Below are positions 63,561 through 64,000 of a DNA stretch of 64,000 nt, piece after piece. Positions within the stretch are counted from its first letter, which is position 1. Every line of letters begins with the position of its first letter. The translations under genes were made by a program, and so were the position numbers. This DNA comes from Nemertoderma westbladi (taxonomy: Eukaryota; Animalia; Xenacoelomorpha), in contig JAUCBJ010005050.1 in assembly GCA_032718475.1 (NCBI GenBank), positions 1 through 64,000 on the forward strand, written 5' to 3'. A model generated the notes under the pieces. It was not told where the DNA came from. It saw nothing but the letters and a program-made list of their open reading frames with translations, and made no database searches.

Positions 63561-64000
63561 TGACATTTGATAGATCATCGCATCTTAAAGGCCAGTGTCT
63601 TTTAAGATGCGTCTCAAGAAAGTCATGGGCTGTCCACCATGCTTATTCACTCCATGAGGCTGCCAAAGCACAAGATTATGCACTGGCTGGTCCTCACGGC
63701 GAAAGCAATGTCCTGCAAAGCGGAGGCGGCTTTGTTCTAGTGTCAAGCTTGGGGGAACCAATGAGACACTCACAATGTTATATAGTGTGTGGTTGGAGAT
63801 GTGTGCATTGTACTTGACACAGTGAACCCGGCGTAGCATTCTTGTGAATGTGCCATCCAGAGATTTGGTGTCCTCAGCAGTTAGAGCCCAGCATGGACTC
63901 CCATAGAGGAGTACTGGAACTACTGCTGCTCTAAATAATCGGACCTTAAGTTTCCGATTAATTCTAGGTGTCTTCCAAATCCTGGAAAGCCTATTCAACG
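63555..64000 (-). mobile_element. Second copy of the RTE-type LINE, running off the window end
   Basis: Translation nearly identical to the 48 kb copy (NRLSRIWK..MTFLRRILKDTGL). Confidence 0.93.

Overview
Eukaryotic DNA from an invertebrate animal, not a prokaryote. There are three host genes: a two-exon NBR1 autophagy receptor (637-3962, +), a three-exon divergent Rel/NF-kB factor (51650-55906, -) and an intronless Smad4 (58511-59914, +) head-to-head with Rel. The centre (9956-50115) is a ~21 kb array of a 43-bp satellite with higher-order repeats. Two elements inserted into it: a 5'-truncated RTE-type LINE and an unusually large 18.3 kb BEL/Pao LTR retrotransposon (23804-42066, ~1.2 kb LTRs, GCTAG TSD). 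The BEL element is the most interesting object. It has no TGG tRNA primer-binding site but has an 11-nt sequence complementary to its own LTR (possible self-priming). After pol it carries a PPT-like motif and a 4.7 kb accessory region with long RNA hairpins and same-frame ORFs encoding tandem zinc knuckles and an Arg/Lys-rich tail. Its gag is interrupted by a 1020-bp Helentron/HINE-like insertion. The rest holds minisatellites (14, 21, 39, 57, 78 bp), MITEs, LINE fragments, a Gypsy remnant and isolated hairpins. All calls come from reading the sequence by eye; no searches or folding programs were run.
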